A program made the position numbers and the translations under genes. Shown piece by piece: positions 20,608 through 32,108 of a stretch of 32,108 nt of DNA (its first letter is position 1; each line of letters begins with the position of its first letter). Origin of the DNA: Dimargaris cristalligena (lineage: Eukaryota); the NCBI GenBank assembly GCA_003614675.1, contig ML002427.1, positions 1 through 32,108 on the forward strand. Direction: 5' to 3'. Under the pieces are notes generated by a model. It searched no databases. It saw nothing but the letters and a program-made list of their open reading frames with translations, and was not told the DNA's origin.

Positions 20608-21594
20608 GGTTGGTCACCGGGTATCAAAATGTGGGGGTGCGTGGAAATGCGGAGTTGGTGGGGCAAGGATGGGGTAAGTTTGGGCCACGGATAGGTCGAT
20701 TGGCAAGGAGATTGACGAGTATATTCAAAATACAACAGGAACAGGAGCAAGAATCAGCGGCAATTCAATCCAACTGAACTGGACGGTGGGGCAGGGAGCG
20801 GAGGATGAAGATGGGAAACAATGGGATGAGAAAGAATGCAGAAAGCAACAAGGAACACGCTCCAATGGGACCCGGGCGGTGAGAAAACGGGGTCAGCGTA
20901 AGGGCTGCCAGAGGAAGTCGTTTAGCGACCAAGTCCGCCAAGTGGGTGGAGGGGAGTTGGCCCAGTGACGTGGGTCGCTGGTTCGGAACTCCCCAATTAA
21001 GACTCAACGCAAGGCGTCTCTCCCCCCCCCATCGGCCATGCACATGGGATGCAATTCGCCTAATTTTACACCTATTTTGTTTTTCGGTAGACTATACTAC
21101 AATCCCCCCTACACACTAGCACTCTGGGACTCTGGCGTATTAATAAAGTGGGATTGGTTCTATATCAAACAACAATAATGGTCCGTTTGGAATCAATAGC
21201 CCGCCAGCCACTCTCTGATTAATGATCCCAGTGATCAATCAGTAAACCGAATGGCTCGCACCAGCCCTCCCCCTTCCTTCCATTCTTAAATGCTGCTGAT
21301 TTTGGTTAAATTTACGAGATGCCTTAACCACGATTCAGCCCTTCTACCACCTACCCCAAATGTGCGCTATAATAATTCTGCTAGATATCGAGCCACTGAT
21401 AGACAACACGGGCCGTATGGCTACCACTTGGAAATTATTTAATAAATTATATATATAATTTTAAAGAAAAACACAATCGAAAATAGCTGATATACTGCGA
21501 ATAATCAAATAAATTCGAATTTTGTAGAAATATAACTATATAAGCTAAGGGATAATGGTAAAAAGGGGGATTCATTCGCGTTTTTAGCTATTGC

Positions 21595-23477
21595 TTATCT
21601 ACTTTGGAACCACGCGCGAGCCACCCTTGTCAACGATTCCGCTAGACCTGGGGCTTCTGGAGTTGGGGTGGGATGGGTCGCAGGTTCTGCCTGTGTTTGA
21701 GCGCGCTCCATTTCCATGAGCCGGCCCTGTTCCTCGATATGCGGAGTAAACGAATACGCCTTCGGTTTCCACTGGTCCAAAATCGATTGGGGAGTCGCAA
21801 TCTTGGAGGCCATACGCGGATCATCCAGCAGCGCCCGCGGAACGGCCACGTGTAAATGCCCCTCATTATCCAGCCACTGGTTTTGGACATTGATCATTGG
21901 ACCCATTGGCCGGTCCTTATCAATCGGCTCCAACCCCTCCCAAATTGTAGTAAGGTATTCCAGGGGTGCGGTAAAGTTATGTTCTTTCAGGGTCGCTAAA
22001 AAGTAGCGACGACTTTGGTCATACGAAAACCGGACCCCGAAGAAATCGGCGTGGTGTTCGGCCCAATGGACTTCGGTTCGCTGCACCAGGTCTTGGTTCA
22101 GGTCGAGGGCCGCCAGGGTAATAATGAATTGGGCAAAGCGGCCGTACTGCAAGACCATGTGAAACGACCGAGTTTCGAACCGCGATGAATCTTTGAGATA
22201 AGCCGCGGCCATGGCCATAAACCGGTCAATATCGGCGATGCGCCGGGTTTGGTATAGCCACCACAGCCCAGTCGTAATGATGCGATTGGCAATATCTTGG
22301 AGCTTCTGGGGTACCCCCGGCGAATTGGGGACATTCTGGATTCCTAAGTGCCTATAGGTGTCGACCAGCGTCGGAGGTGCTTCGTATTCACCCATTGCCG
22401 CCATAATCAACTTGAATAGGCCTAGAAGAGTTTCGGCCGATGTCTTGGAAACGAGGGGGAATAACTTTTGGAAATCCCTATGACTCAGTTGGGCCAGATC
22501 AATATACACGCGGGGGTTCTGGGCCACGTAGGGATTGTTTACATTGGAGGTAAGGAACCGGGTATACTGATTCATGTCGCGCTGCCAGGGCTGGCTGTGG
22601 CGGGAGACGGGTTGGTCGCCATGAGTTTTGAGGTATTGGTATTCATACGCCCAGTGCTGGGCCGTTCCGGCAAGATAGGTATCCCACGCCTCCAAGGGGG
22701 CTACTACATCCAGACCAGTTGCGAACCAATTCCACTCCGACTGAATCCTAAAGATTGCTTCATCACCCTGGTAGTTTTTGAGCTCGGAAAGTACCTGGTA
22801 TATTGTCAATAGCACACGATGGTCTAGACTGGTAAGCATATAGAGGTTTTCGTGTAGTTTGATATGTTGGACTGCATCTCCCCCCGAGTGCCATCTACTG
22901 TATCGGGTATTTCGAGTGATCCTATTGGTCGAAACTACACTCTATAAATACCACTGCGATGAGCCTAATTCTCAGCTTGCGGTTCTTTCCCTATTATATC
23001 TATCTTGAAATAAACTTCGTCTTTAGTCTATCTCGTAATATCATTATTAAGAGAATCGGCGGTTATCCCAACATTATATACTACAGTCGGACTGGCTCCA
23101 TCAGACATCCACCCACCCCAATACCCGTAAGCTGGGCTGGATGGATGTGAGTTCAGCGGCTACCTGTTTATCTGGCATAGTTGTAAAAAAGATAAATTAA
23201 GCCAGCTCATACAACTTACCCCATCAGCTAGAGCTTCTCGAGCATAAGCACCAACAATGCCCATATCTTGGCGTAGTTCAACGAGCTTGACCTTATCAAC
23301 ATGGCTAAACATATTTCTAAACACTTCCGGGGGGAATGCTGGTGTATCGGTCGGCGTGGGCGTGGCCAATGTTGCCGTTGGCACATTTCTATGGTTCGAT
23401 GGCCAGAATAGAGCACCCTTGACCATGGGGGTGCAAGCAGTCGAACCCCATAGAGCTAAGGTCAAAAAAGGAACCAT
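21595..23477 (-). CDS. Putative secreted orphan protein with N-terminal F-box-like motif; exons 23477-23220 and 22941-21595 (middle structure uncertain)
   Basis: Hydrophobic start MVPFLTLALWGSTAC. GGG|GTAAGT donor at 23219; TAG acceptor at 22942 is in phase with the 414-aa ORF. Confidence 0.55.
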
Positions 23478-24421
23478 CCTTAGTTCGGTAATATTTATAT
23501 ATAGTATTTTTAAAAAAACCTCTATATAACCTGCAAGTTCAAATGTGCACGAGAAAAGAACCGGGATATCAGATCAACAAAACCGTAATAAAATATTTAA
23601 TAGAAGTTACCTACTGGGGAAATGAAAAGAGGAAACGGGCTGAGCTTATATAATATTAAGTTCAACCGAGACAAGCCACTTTCTAGGCCAGGGACGGACC
23701 TGTATCACCTTTGCATCGCCCATCGGTTACCCTACCACGTCGCTACACATGTTAGCTCATTTTTAAGGTGAATATGACAATACTTAACCAAACTCTGTAA
23801 ATAAGGACAGGGGCGGAGAGCCCTCAATATACCATCCAAAACAATCCCTATGAGCGATGCAATTGGCCATAGTCTTGTTTGACTTCCAAAATCAGCGAGA
23901 GGGGCCCCCAATAGACACCGGGTGTAACGATTGAAAATAATTGCCGTCCCTTTTCTAATCAGACTACGTAATAGCTGGTACTAATCTGTCAGCCGTATGT
24001 GTCGGGGATGGGCGAATATAGAGCGTAAGTTGTTTTGGTATCTGCCGAGGATTATTTTACTCTAAATTGACATTGTTAAGCATTCGCATGGTTGGCTTCA
24101 AAGGGGTGTACCATGCCATTCTAATGTTTATTGACCTAATTTACCTGTTTATGCCTTAAAGATACAGTTAATAATTTCGACCCAACCATATAAGCCCCCA
24201 AATAGCCCAACGTTAAGACACCTACACCAACGACTAGTAATTTATCACTGATTTAAGCAACAACTCATAATGGCACTCCATGTGGTTTTATTTAATGGTA
24301 TATTATTATAAATGGCCTAAACGAAACATGGCGGGTACTATTGGGTTACAATCAATAAGCAAAATATATATTTTAAAAGAAAAAAAGGGGAAATCGGCTG
24401 ACCGATCAATCCACCAAACGA

Positions 24422-24964
24422 TTAGAACAGCGTGTTCTCGTCACGCAGGTATTCGCCAACGTCGGACTGATGGAACACCACAATGGCGGTAGGATCAAGT
24501 CGCCGAATTTCGACGGTTGACCGGGCGGTCGTTCCGAAGCCAATGGGGTTATCGGCCATGTTGTAGATTACTACACCCTGGTGCTCGGGGGTATCTTCGG
24601 TGATTCGACCAATGTGGGCCTTGACGACATGGTTACCGTACAGGAACGGCATCTCACCATTGGGTTTCACCCACACCTTATATTTGGAGTACTGGGCCAG
24701 GTAGTCCAGGGCGGTGATGTGGAGGCGGAACTTGCGGGTCTTGGTGAACTTGCCGAAACAGGTACCAAACGACAGGAGATGGTCCCGGTTAATACCGGCG
24801 GCCTTCTTCATGGTCGTTTCACCGACGTAGTACACTTTTTCTTCGTGCAGGCGGAAGCAATGGGGCTCGTCGGGCCGATCGATAAGATGGGTGATGTTCT
24901 TACCCACATAGCGGGCCAGCTTCTCGAACAGAGTCTTAGTTTCTTCCTCGGTAAGCGGACGCAT
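24422..24964 (-). CDS. NIP7: 60S ribosome biogenesis protein Nip7, 180 aa
   Basis: [42 protein letters not shown] domain..[13 protein letters not shown]. Confidence 0.98.
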   Translation of the reverse strand: MRPLTEEETKTLFEKLARYVGKNITHLIDRPDEPHCFRLHEEKVYYVGETTMKKAAGINRDHLLSFGTCFGKFTKTRKFRLHITALDYLAQYSKYKVWVKPNGEMPFLYGNHVVKAHIGRITEDTPEHQGVVIYNMADNPIGFGTTARSTVEIRRLDPTAIVVFHQSDVGEYLRDENTLF

Positions 24965-25482
24965 GGTGAAATAGTGCTGCTGGGGGAAAATAGAGCGTAT
25001 AGGTTTTGGGGGGGACTATAAAAAACGGGGCGTATTGGGGGTATATTACAGTGGTGGAATAAGGAATGCGGTCGGAATATGGGAACTGTAGGACGTCTAA
25101 AGCTAATTGGTAGGAATCGACGAGTAAGTTTGGTTAATGGCCGGCTGAGTAACGAAGGTCGGGAGTAGCAAGGGTTCGAAGCGACTTGGGCCAAGGCAGG
25201 ATCAGAATGGCGTGCCAAAACGCTCACCAAAGGTATAGGGACTTTTGCTATGAATAAGGGGTTTTTTCAATACAATTTCCTTTTTTTCGGGCTTGGTGCA
25301 ATACGAATTTGCCACTTTCCTTTATTTTTTTGCCAGCACTGATTGCTAGGGCTAGAATATGTGGTCCAAGTAATACACACAGTATGCTGCTGTAGGTTGT
25401 TGGATTATAGTGGAGGAAGGAGTTGTGAATTGGACGACCTCAAATAGCCCAAACCGGCCGCCTGCCCTAGCCGATAATAAAA

Positions 25483-25490
25483 CACGTGAC
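25483..25490. promoter_or_regulatory. GTCACGTG E-box (Cbf1-type) in the NIP7/RPL28 divergent promoter
   Basis: cacgtgac, ~310 bp upstream of the RPL28 ATG. Confidence 0.4.
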
Positions 25491-25796
25491 AAGGAATAAC
25501 TAGTATTGTGGACCCGTTGTTCGTAGGAATTGGGTGTGTGAAGCGCTGTTGGAGATGAGAGAGACTATGGCGGTTATTCTCAACAATTGGTGGACAGCCC
25601 TCGCAGCATGGGCAGGCCCGCCCACCATGGGGGCGTGAAGGGAAATGGGCCGGGGGATTGGAGGTGGATGCAGGACTCAAAAGTAATAGAGCCCCTGTCA
25701 CAAGGATCGTTCCTTCTTTCGAAATCTATCTCTTGTAGATTACTCCCTTCCGTTCTACTTCGAGCAACTCGTTTTCGACCGGAAACTTCATACACA

Positions 25797-26649
25797 ATGG
25801 TAAACCGTCGTTCCCCCGTATCGTATCGTGGATCTCACTGTCGCTGCCCTCCCACCACCGAATCCTGTCACACCGCCGCAAACTCGCCGTCGACGTTAGC
25901 CCACGATCTGTCCGCCCGGATGGATGGATAAGCCACGGCCGGTTACGTAGATGGATGGATGGATGTTAATGGTCGTTTTGCGACCGTTAATCCCACTCTA
26001 TTGTCGAACTTCCCCAATTGAACACACCATCCATCGCTCCGCAAATCAAACATCCAAGACTATATGGGCTTTTCGTCGGTGCGGATGCGCTTACATTGGA
26101 ATCTCCGGACCAACCTTCCGTTGTGGCGCATAACGGACTCGGGTGTTTGCGTGGGCAGCCGTGGTGAATATCCGCGTATTGTATTTACATGTCCATCTGT
26201 TTAGCGGATCGCTTGTTCGTCATACCAAACCATTGACTAATTCACCTGTTGTACCAATTGTACCTTCCTCTAATTATACAAATTGTATAGCCGACTCGCT
26301 TCTCCAAGACTCGTAAGCACCGTGGTCACGTTTCGGCCGGTCACGGTCGTGTTGGTAGGTTTACTGTTCAATACACGTTATTATGATTTAAACCGTCGAT
26401 TCTGGCTGCTGCCGGCTTCGTTATGGCAGGCCAAATTGCCCATTGATTCACCCTGATGTCTGTCTAAATTCACCTAACTGTTGAAGTAAATATTTACCCT
26501 CCCCGTCTATATCGCTAACCACTAATTATTGTGCTTCGTAACTCGGCAATTACCCCCAACTACCAGGCAAGCACCGCAAGCATCCAGGAGGTCGCGGTCT
26601 GGCTGGTGGTATGCACCACCACCGTATCAACATGGATAAGTACCATCCC

Positions 26650-26680
<31 letters not shown>

Positions 26681-26943
26681 TCCATTTGAAGCGCAACCCC
26701 TACTGGCGCCCCGTGATCAACGTCGACAGCCTGTGGAACTTGGTCGATAGCGAGGCCCGCGCCAAGGTCTCCGCCAACCAGGAGCTCGCCCCCATCGTCG
26801 ATACCCTCCAGGCCGGTTACGGTAAGGTCCTGGCCAAGGGTTTCCTCCCCAAGCAGCCCATCATCGTCAAGACCCGCTTCGTGTCCCGCCGCGCTGAGGA
26901 GAAGATTAAGGCCGTCGGTGGCGCCGTCATCCTGACCGCCTAA
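25797..26943 (+). CDS. RPL28: 60S ribosomal protein uL15 (yeast L28 / L27a), exons 25797-25799, 26291-26354, 26567-26943; 147 aa
   Basis: Spliced product [59 protein letters not shown]. The ATG-only first exon is inferred from ACAATG|GTAAAC. Confidence 0.95.
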
Positions 26944-28011
26944 GTATCGGACCCCCCCTCTCTCTTTGTCTCCACCTCTGCAACCCATTGCCTACCTACT
27001 TTTCACTTGGTATTGTTGTCTGCGTCACATAAACACCCCCTCTCTACATACCTCTGGATTACACTAAATTATGGGTTCTACTCCATGTCCGTTTCTTTGT
27101 CGACGCAGCTAGAAGCCCATGTGTAATAAAATAGTCATTCTCTATATTATCATTCATTCCAAGGTTAGAATGACGTTGTTGAACTAATTGATGCAGGCAT
27201 GTCAGATTATGTAGGGGTTCCGCTGAGTATCACAGTCTCTCGAATCCATTGAAGACATTAGTTGATTATTCAATATTCGGTATATCGACGGCTTGCTGTA
27301 TAGCCTCCAAATCGGACCTGTGCATTTGGCTGTTCCCTTTGTTTGAACCTGGTTCCTTGCATTGTCGGAGTAGGAGGTTCCCTGACTCGCGTTTTCGTCG
27401 AATTAACTCAAGCTCCACATGGTTAAATTAGGGTAGGGACCGGCCATTCGTAATTTTAATACTGACAGACATCATCGCTATAACATGTCCATTTGACCAT
27501 TCTAGTAAAAACATCCGCAATCGCACACGCTGTATTACACGATCCCCCATCTGGCTGGAACGATGTCGAACTTTGCTCTGGCCTCTAGTAATATCATAAA
27601 GTAAGGCCTATAAATCGACACAGCATTGGATTAATTGGCTTCAGGTGAAATTTGCCATGTCTTACGTCGAATAATCTAGGCAAGAAAAAGCGTGCATTGG
27701 CACCCAAGAGTATTTTTTACCATAGCCGCCCACCCTAAACCAGCTAGGCGATTCAGTTAGTTGCTTGTTTGTTGGTAGCTCCGCTAGGATAGTGCCGTGC
27801 TTGCCCGTTTGGTATAATCAGTATTCAGGTATACAGCAAGAAAATTCAGGCGGGTAACTTGGGGCTGATGGTTATGGGTCTTAAGATTTTGCCATAGTGT
27901 TAGGGTGTAGCCTAGTCTAGCACCCGCCATCCATTGATGATGTTCCACATTGGAGTCCTTCTCTAATATGCCCAGGATGGTTGCAGTCAAATCCCGTGGT
28001 TGAAAGTCCTA

Positions 28012-28019
28012 GTCACGTG
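28012..28019. promoter_or_regulatory. GTCACGTG E-box (Cbf1-type) upstream of RPL16
   Basis: gtcacgtg ~440 bp upstream of ATG 28456. Confidence 0.4.
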
Positions 28020-28455
28020 CCATATATGGAATATCAGTGGACAAGGGAGGGCCAGTGGGATGAAAATGGGATGCATTGGCAAGAAAAAAGCGGGCGACAC
28101 CACACAGAATCGCGGTAGTGAAAAAACCAGTGCTAAGCCGGTCCAGCCTTTTCCTTCAGGCTGTGGGGGGAGGGGAGGGTGGTGGTGGTGAGTGGGCGAA
28201 ACAGAGAAGAGAGTGTGGGCGAGAGACAGCGAGCGTAGGTTGGTACGGGGCGCAGGGCAGGGAAACTCCAAGCCTGACTGAAAAAAATTACCGTCAAAAC
28301 TAGGAACCGGGGCAGCTTAAGCGGGATTCTCCCTCTTTCCCCCGAATTAGGTTCATCTATACCTATATTTTCTTCCCATCCGTTGTTGAATCCCTCACCG
28401 TGTTTGACCCTTGGGTATCCTCGCTAATCCTAGCACCCTACAGTCCATAATCACA

Positions 28456-29478
28456 ATGTCCACTTTCGAAAAGGTGAGTCCTTGGATCTTCGTATAGATC
28501 GTCCCCCGATCAGCCCGCCCGATCTATCGAGCTGTCTGGGATTCCCTCGGGGCCCAGGGCGTGGTCCAAGCCGGCTGGATCGGTGACCTGGATCGTATAC
28601 CCACTAGGTCGTTGGCTCGGTCAGTCCTGCGATGGGATCGGGTCTTACCTCGGTTGGATCACCCTGCCTGAGTTGCCGGATCCCTCGCGCTAGACTGAAC
28701 TACCCGACCAATTATTTGGATCTGTTTAGGTGGATCCCTCTGTTCGGATATTATATCCTACTCCTATTCGATTATATTCCCTTATCCACCTCCACCACCC
28801 ACTTCGCCATATACCAGACCACTCATCATATGCCCTCCAATTTTTATATCTCCCCATATTTACCAACCTGGATGTCACCCTCTCTAGGTTTTCATCATCG
28901 ACGCCAAGGGCCACCTGATGGGTCGTCTGTCCGCCACCGTCGCCAAGCTGCTCCTGAACGGCCAGAAGGTCGTCATCCTCCGCTGCGAGGAGCTTAACAT
29001 CTCCGGTTCCCACTTCCGGAACAAGATCAAGCTCCACTCTTTCCTGCGCAAGCGTTGCCTGGTCAACCCCAAGAAGGGTCCCTTCCACTTCCGCGCCCCC
29101 TCGCTCATCTTCAAGCGTACCATCCGCGGTATGGTCCCCCACAAGACCCACCGTGGTGCCACTGCTCTGAACCGCCTCCAGGTCTTCGAGGGTGTCCCCC
29201 CCGCCTACGCCACCAAGAAGCGCATGGTTGTGCCCCAGGCCCTCCGCGTGCTCCGCTTGAAGCCCGGCCGTAAGTACGCCACTCTGGGCCGCCTGGCCTC
29301 CGAGATTGGCTGGAAATACCAGGAGATCGTCAGCACTCTGGAGGCTAAGCGCAAGGTCAAGGGTGCCGCCTTCTACGAACGCAACCTCGCCCAGCAGGCT
29401 CTCCGTACCAAGGCCGCTGCCAACCAGGAGGCCAAGCTCGCCGAGATCAACTCTGGCCTCGCCACCCTCGGTTACTAA
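28456..29478 (+). CDS. RPL16: 60S ribosomal protein uL13 (yeast L16 / L13a), exons 28456-28473, 28888-29478; 202 aa
   Basis: [64 protein letters not shown] intron. Confidence 0.97.
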
Positions 29479-29947
29479 GTTCGCTTCTTATCCTTCCCCT
29501 CCCTCTAAATTGTCCAAATCCCCCCTCCCTCCCTCCTCTACCGGACAGGGATGGTGGCGTGACTTGTTGCGATCCTTTGTGACCGTCTGGGTCGGCGGGT
29601 TCATCCTCCTTAACTCCCCCGACCTGGTCTGTGCATTGTAACTGTTGGTTGATTCAACGGGCCCGTCGTCATTCCAGTGCATTCATTTGCCACCAATAAA
29701 TCCCACTTATTTCTATTATTTTTTTACTAAAAAGAATATTTCCTTTCAATGAATCCACCAAGCCTTTTATTGGGATTTAGAGTTTAGATGGAAAGTGTGC
29801 ATTTTTGGGAAAGTGATTACATATGTAGTGAGGGTCGAGAGCTTTATTCATTGGGCTTTCGGAATGGTTCATTCTTAGCCAGTATATGTAGGCCTAAAAC
29901 ACCCAAGTACAAACTGTAAAATCGGCAATATCCCAAGTTATACCCTC

Positions 29948-31459
29948 CTATTTTTGTTGGGCCAATTCAACAATACCGTCGGGATTGACCACTCCAGTGA
30001 GGTTTTTTCGACGAAGGGCCTGAAGAGCAGCCTGGGCTACCGTCCCAATGGGCAGCGGCGGGGTGGTTAGACCCGATGCGGTTATGGGATGCGTTCGACT
30101 CACCCAACCCAGGGCCATATTTCGAGCACAGCCGAGGGCACTGAGCGCCCGGGCCACCGGGACCGTGAAGGGCTGGCTTTCCGAGTACATAAATCCCGGG
30201 CGGAGAATGACCGTCCGGAATTCCGGCCGCTGGAGCAAACCCGCCTCGGCCTCGCGTTTGGTGCTAATGTACCGCGAACTGATGAATGGGAACACATCAC
30301 TGGCTGAGATGTAAACGAAGGATTTCATTTTAGGGTGCTTGGCGGCCTCGGCGGCAACTGCGAGAGCTATACATACAAACATGTAAATTTATATAGTAAA
30401 ATTGGGATTGGTAAGATGGTTCCAAAGTGAAGGTTAGGAAAGTGGGTAAGGTTCATTTTGGGAGTATACCGTATTACGACAATTGGTCCCATGTATAAAA
30501 ATCACACCGTTCTCCAATGGTTTGGCGGCTTTAAGTGTCTCGGAATAGGTTGGTCATGATTATTTCAACCTATTCATTTAAACATACTAGGCACCGAGGG
30601 GTTAGGTTTAGCTAGGGTCGGTGCTGAGGCAAATGAGAGGTAACCCAATCAATTGATAATTACTTTACCTGTATCCCGATTAATGGTTTCATACGAGATG
30701 CCTGGTGATGGACCTGGCTTGGTGGGTGTAGTCGATTTGGTGATAAGCTGGCAGATACTATTGGCCTTGACCAGGGTTTTATAGTCGGCTTCCAGGAGAG
30801 TACCCACGGTATGTACCACAGCATCGCAATCCCGAAGGGCAGAGGCGTACGTTTCGGGGTGAAGGGCGTCCCCTTGGATCCATTCGACAGCCTGGGTCCA
30901 ATTCTTATCCAAGGGCGCGGCGGTTACGGGACCAGTCGGCGAACCGGGGTGGGGGTGATTTGAAGGGTTAGGGGAGCCCCGGCGACTTAGGCTAAGTACT
31001 TGGAATCCCTGCTTTACGGCCGCCTCGCAAATACTGGAACCTAGTAGTGGTTGTGGCATTTATTAGTCATTAGCGTTAGTAAAATACTGAAAATGATTTA
31101 AGTACGGGGTGCCCCCCCCCCCTTTGAGATTTATTTTTTCACCAATGAGTAGGTTGGTTTAAACCGATGGTTAAGGTCCATTCGCCCATAAATAATAGTT
31201 ACAGGTTAGTGGAGGAGTAATGCACTTTAGCACCGGGTCGTTTATTTGTGCCACTGGCTAGTGCAGCAGTGTACTTGGCTGAGCATTTCCATTTCCAAGC
31301 CATAGAATGGTAGAGTAATAAAAAAATGAGTATAGATCCCCTTTCCGCGCCCTGCCAAAGTAGGAGGGGACATGCACAGCCACAGGTAATCGGCTCACAC
31401 TTACCCAAGGACCCAGAGCCGCCAACGACGAGCAGTTTACCGAGAGATGGGGTGATCAT
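29948..31459 (-). CDS. Atypical SDR / NAD(P)-binding Rossmann protein, Coq11 (YLR290C)-like; exons 31459-31405, 31040-30669, 30366-29948; 281 aa
   Basis: LLVVGGSGSLGSSICEAA..VLSLSRRG, DAVVHTVGTLLE, YETINRDTA, FVYISA..RYISTKREAE..ILRPGFMY; three exons join in frame. Confidence 0.88.
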
Positions 31460-32108
31460 AGTTTACTGAATAGGTCCAAAGTGAATATGTGCCGAGGGGT
31501 ATGTATTTGAGCGGACCATATGAGGTGGAATCAATAGAATGTGGTACTGAAAAGTATAGGGGAATGAGGTAATGTTCGGTAGCCAGGCGTTTGAAGCGAA
31601 GGGCTAAGCAATGCCACAATCAAGTTCCCAATGTGCGCTCCTTCTACACGGATGTGGTGATGTACGCAGTCCATTTATCCCATGCATGCCTTGTCTCAAC
31701 CCCGGGCTATATTCTTTTCCCAACGCCATCATGGTTGCTCCCATTCTCACGGGGTCGTCACCAAATTTAGGGAGCAACCTCAACAGAATTAATCCTCTTG
31801 GACAATTAAAGTGTATAGTATAGCCTCTCCCTTGCTTATGGGCTAACATGTCCTTTAAAGACGAGTAGTGGATATAATCTCACCATGGTATTTTATCGCC
31901 TTTGGTATAGTTAGTTGCACTTGGGTTACGTTATACTAGATTGGCGCAGGATTATTTTAGGGCAGCGACAACATCAATATATAACAACCATTATTTACTC
32001 GTATTTCAATATGGGTGAAATTCGGCCCAGCTATAGAAGGGTTTACATTATACGTGTATGGGAAGATATATGGGAAATGTATTTTTAACTAGTAATATTG
32101 GCCGAATC

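Noticed and set aside
26372-26460. Possible box C/D snoRNA in RPL28 intron 2 (ATGATTT...CTGA)
   Set aside because: Box C is non-canonical, with no terminal stem or recognisable rRNA guide.
31437-31849. Small ORFs at the right end
   Set aside because: No homology cues; probably promoter/intergenic DNA of the Coq11-like gene.

Overview
Eukaryotic, intron-containing fungal genomic DNA (GTAAGT/GTGAGT donors, CTRAY-type branch points, YAG acceptors). The gene style suggests an early-diverging fungus, but this is inference only. The main accessory feature is an apparently intact ~4.4 kb tyrosine-recombinase (DIRS-order) retrotransposon on the minus strand (3504-7908). It encodes a gag-like ORF, an RT-RNase H-adenine methyltransferase ORF and a tyrosine recombinase (YR). 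Its split direct repeats (A1..ORFs..B1A2..spacer..B2) are PAT/Ngaro-like, with an ATTAT core at both ends and at the internal junction. Gag and the YR frame are in phase and separated by a single TAG, and the YR frame stays open across the whole pol ORF. The termini contain several inverted-repeat structures. The rest of the window holds housekeeping genes (NUP82-like, SHMT, TFIIIA, MGR2, Kish, NIP7, RPL28/uL15, RPL16/uL13, COQ11-like SDR) interspersed with three orphan, probably secreted proteins, one with an F-box-like motif. All alignments and folds were done by eye.
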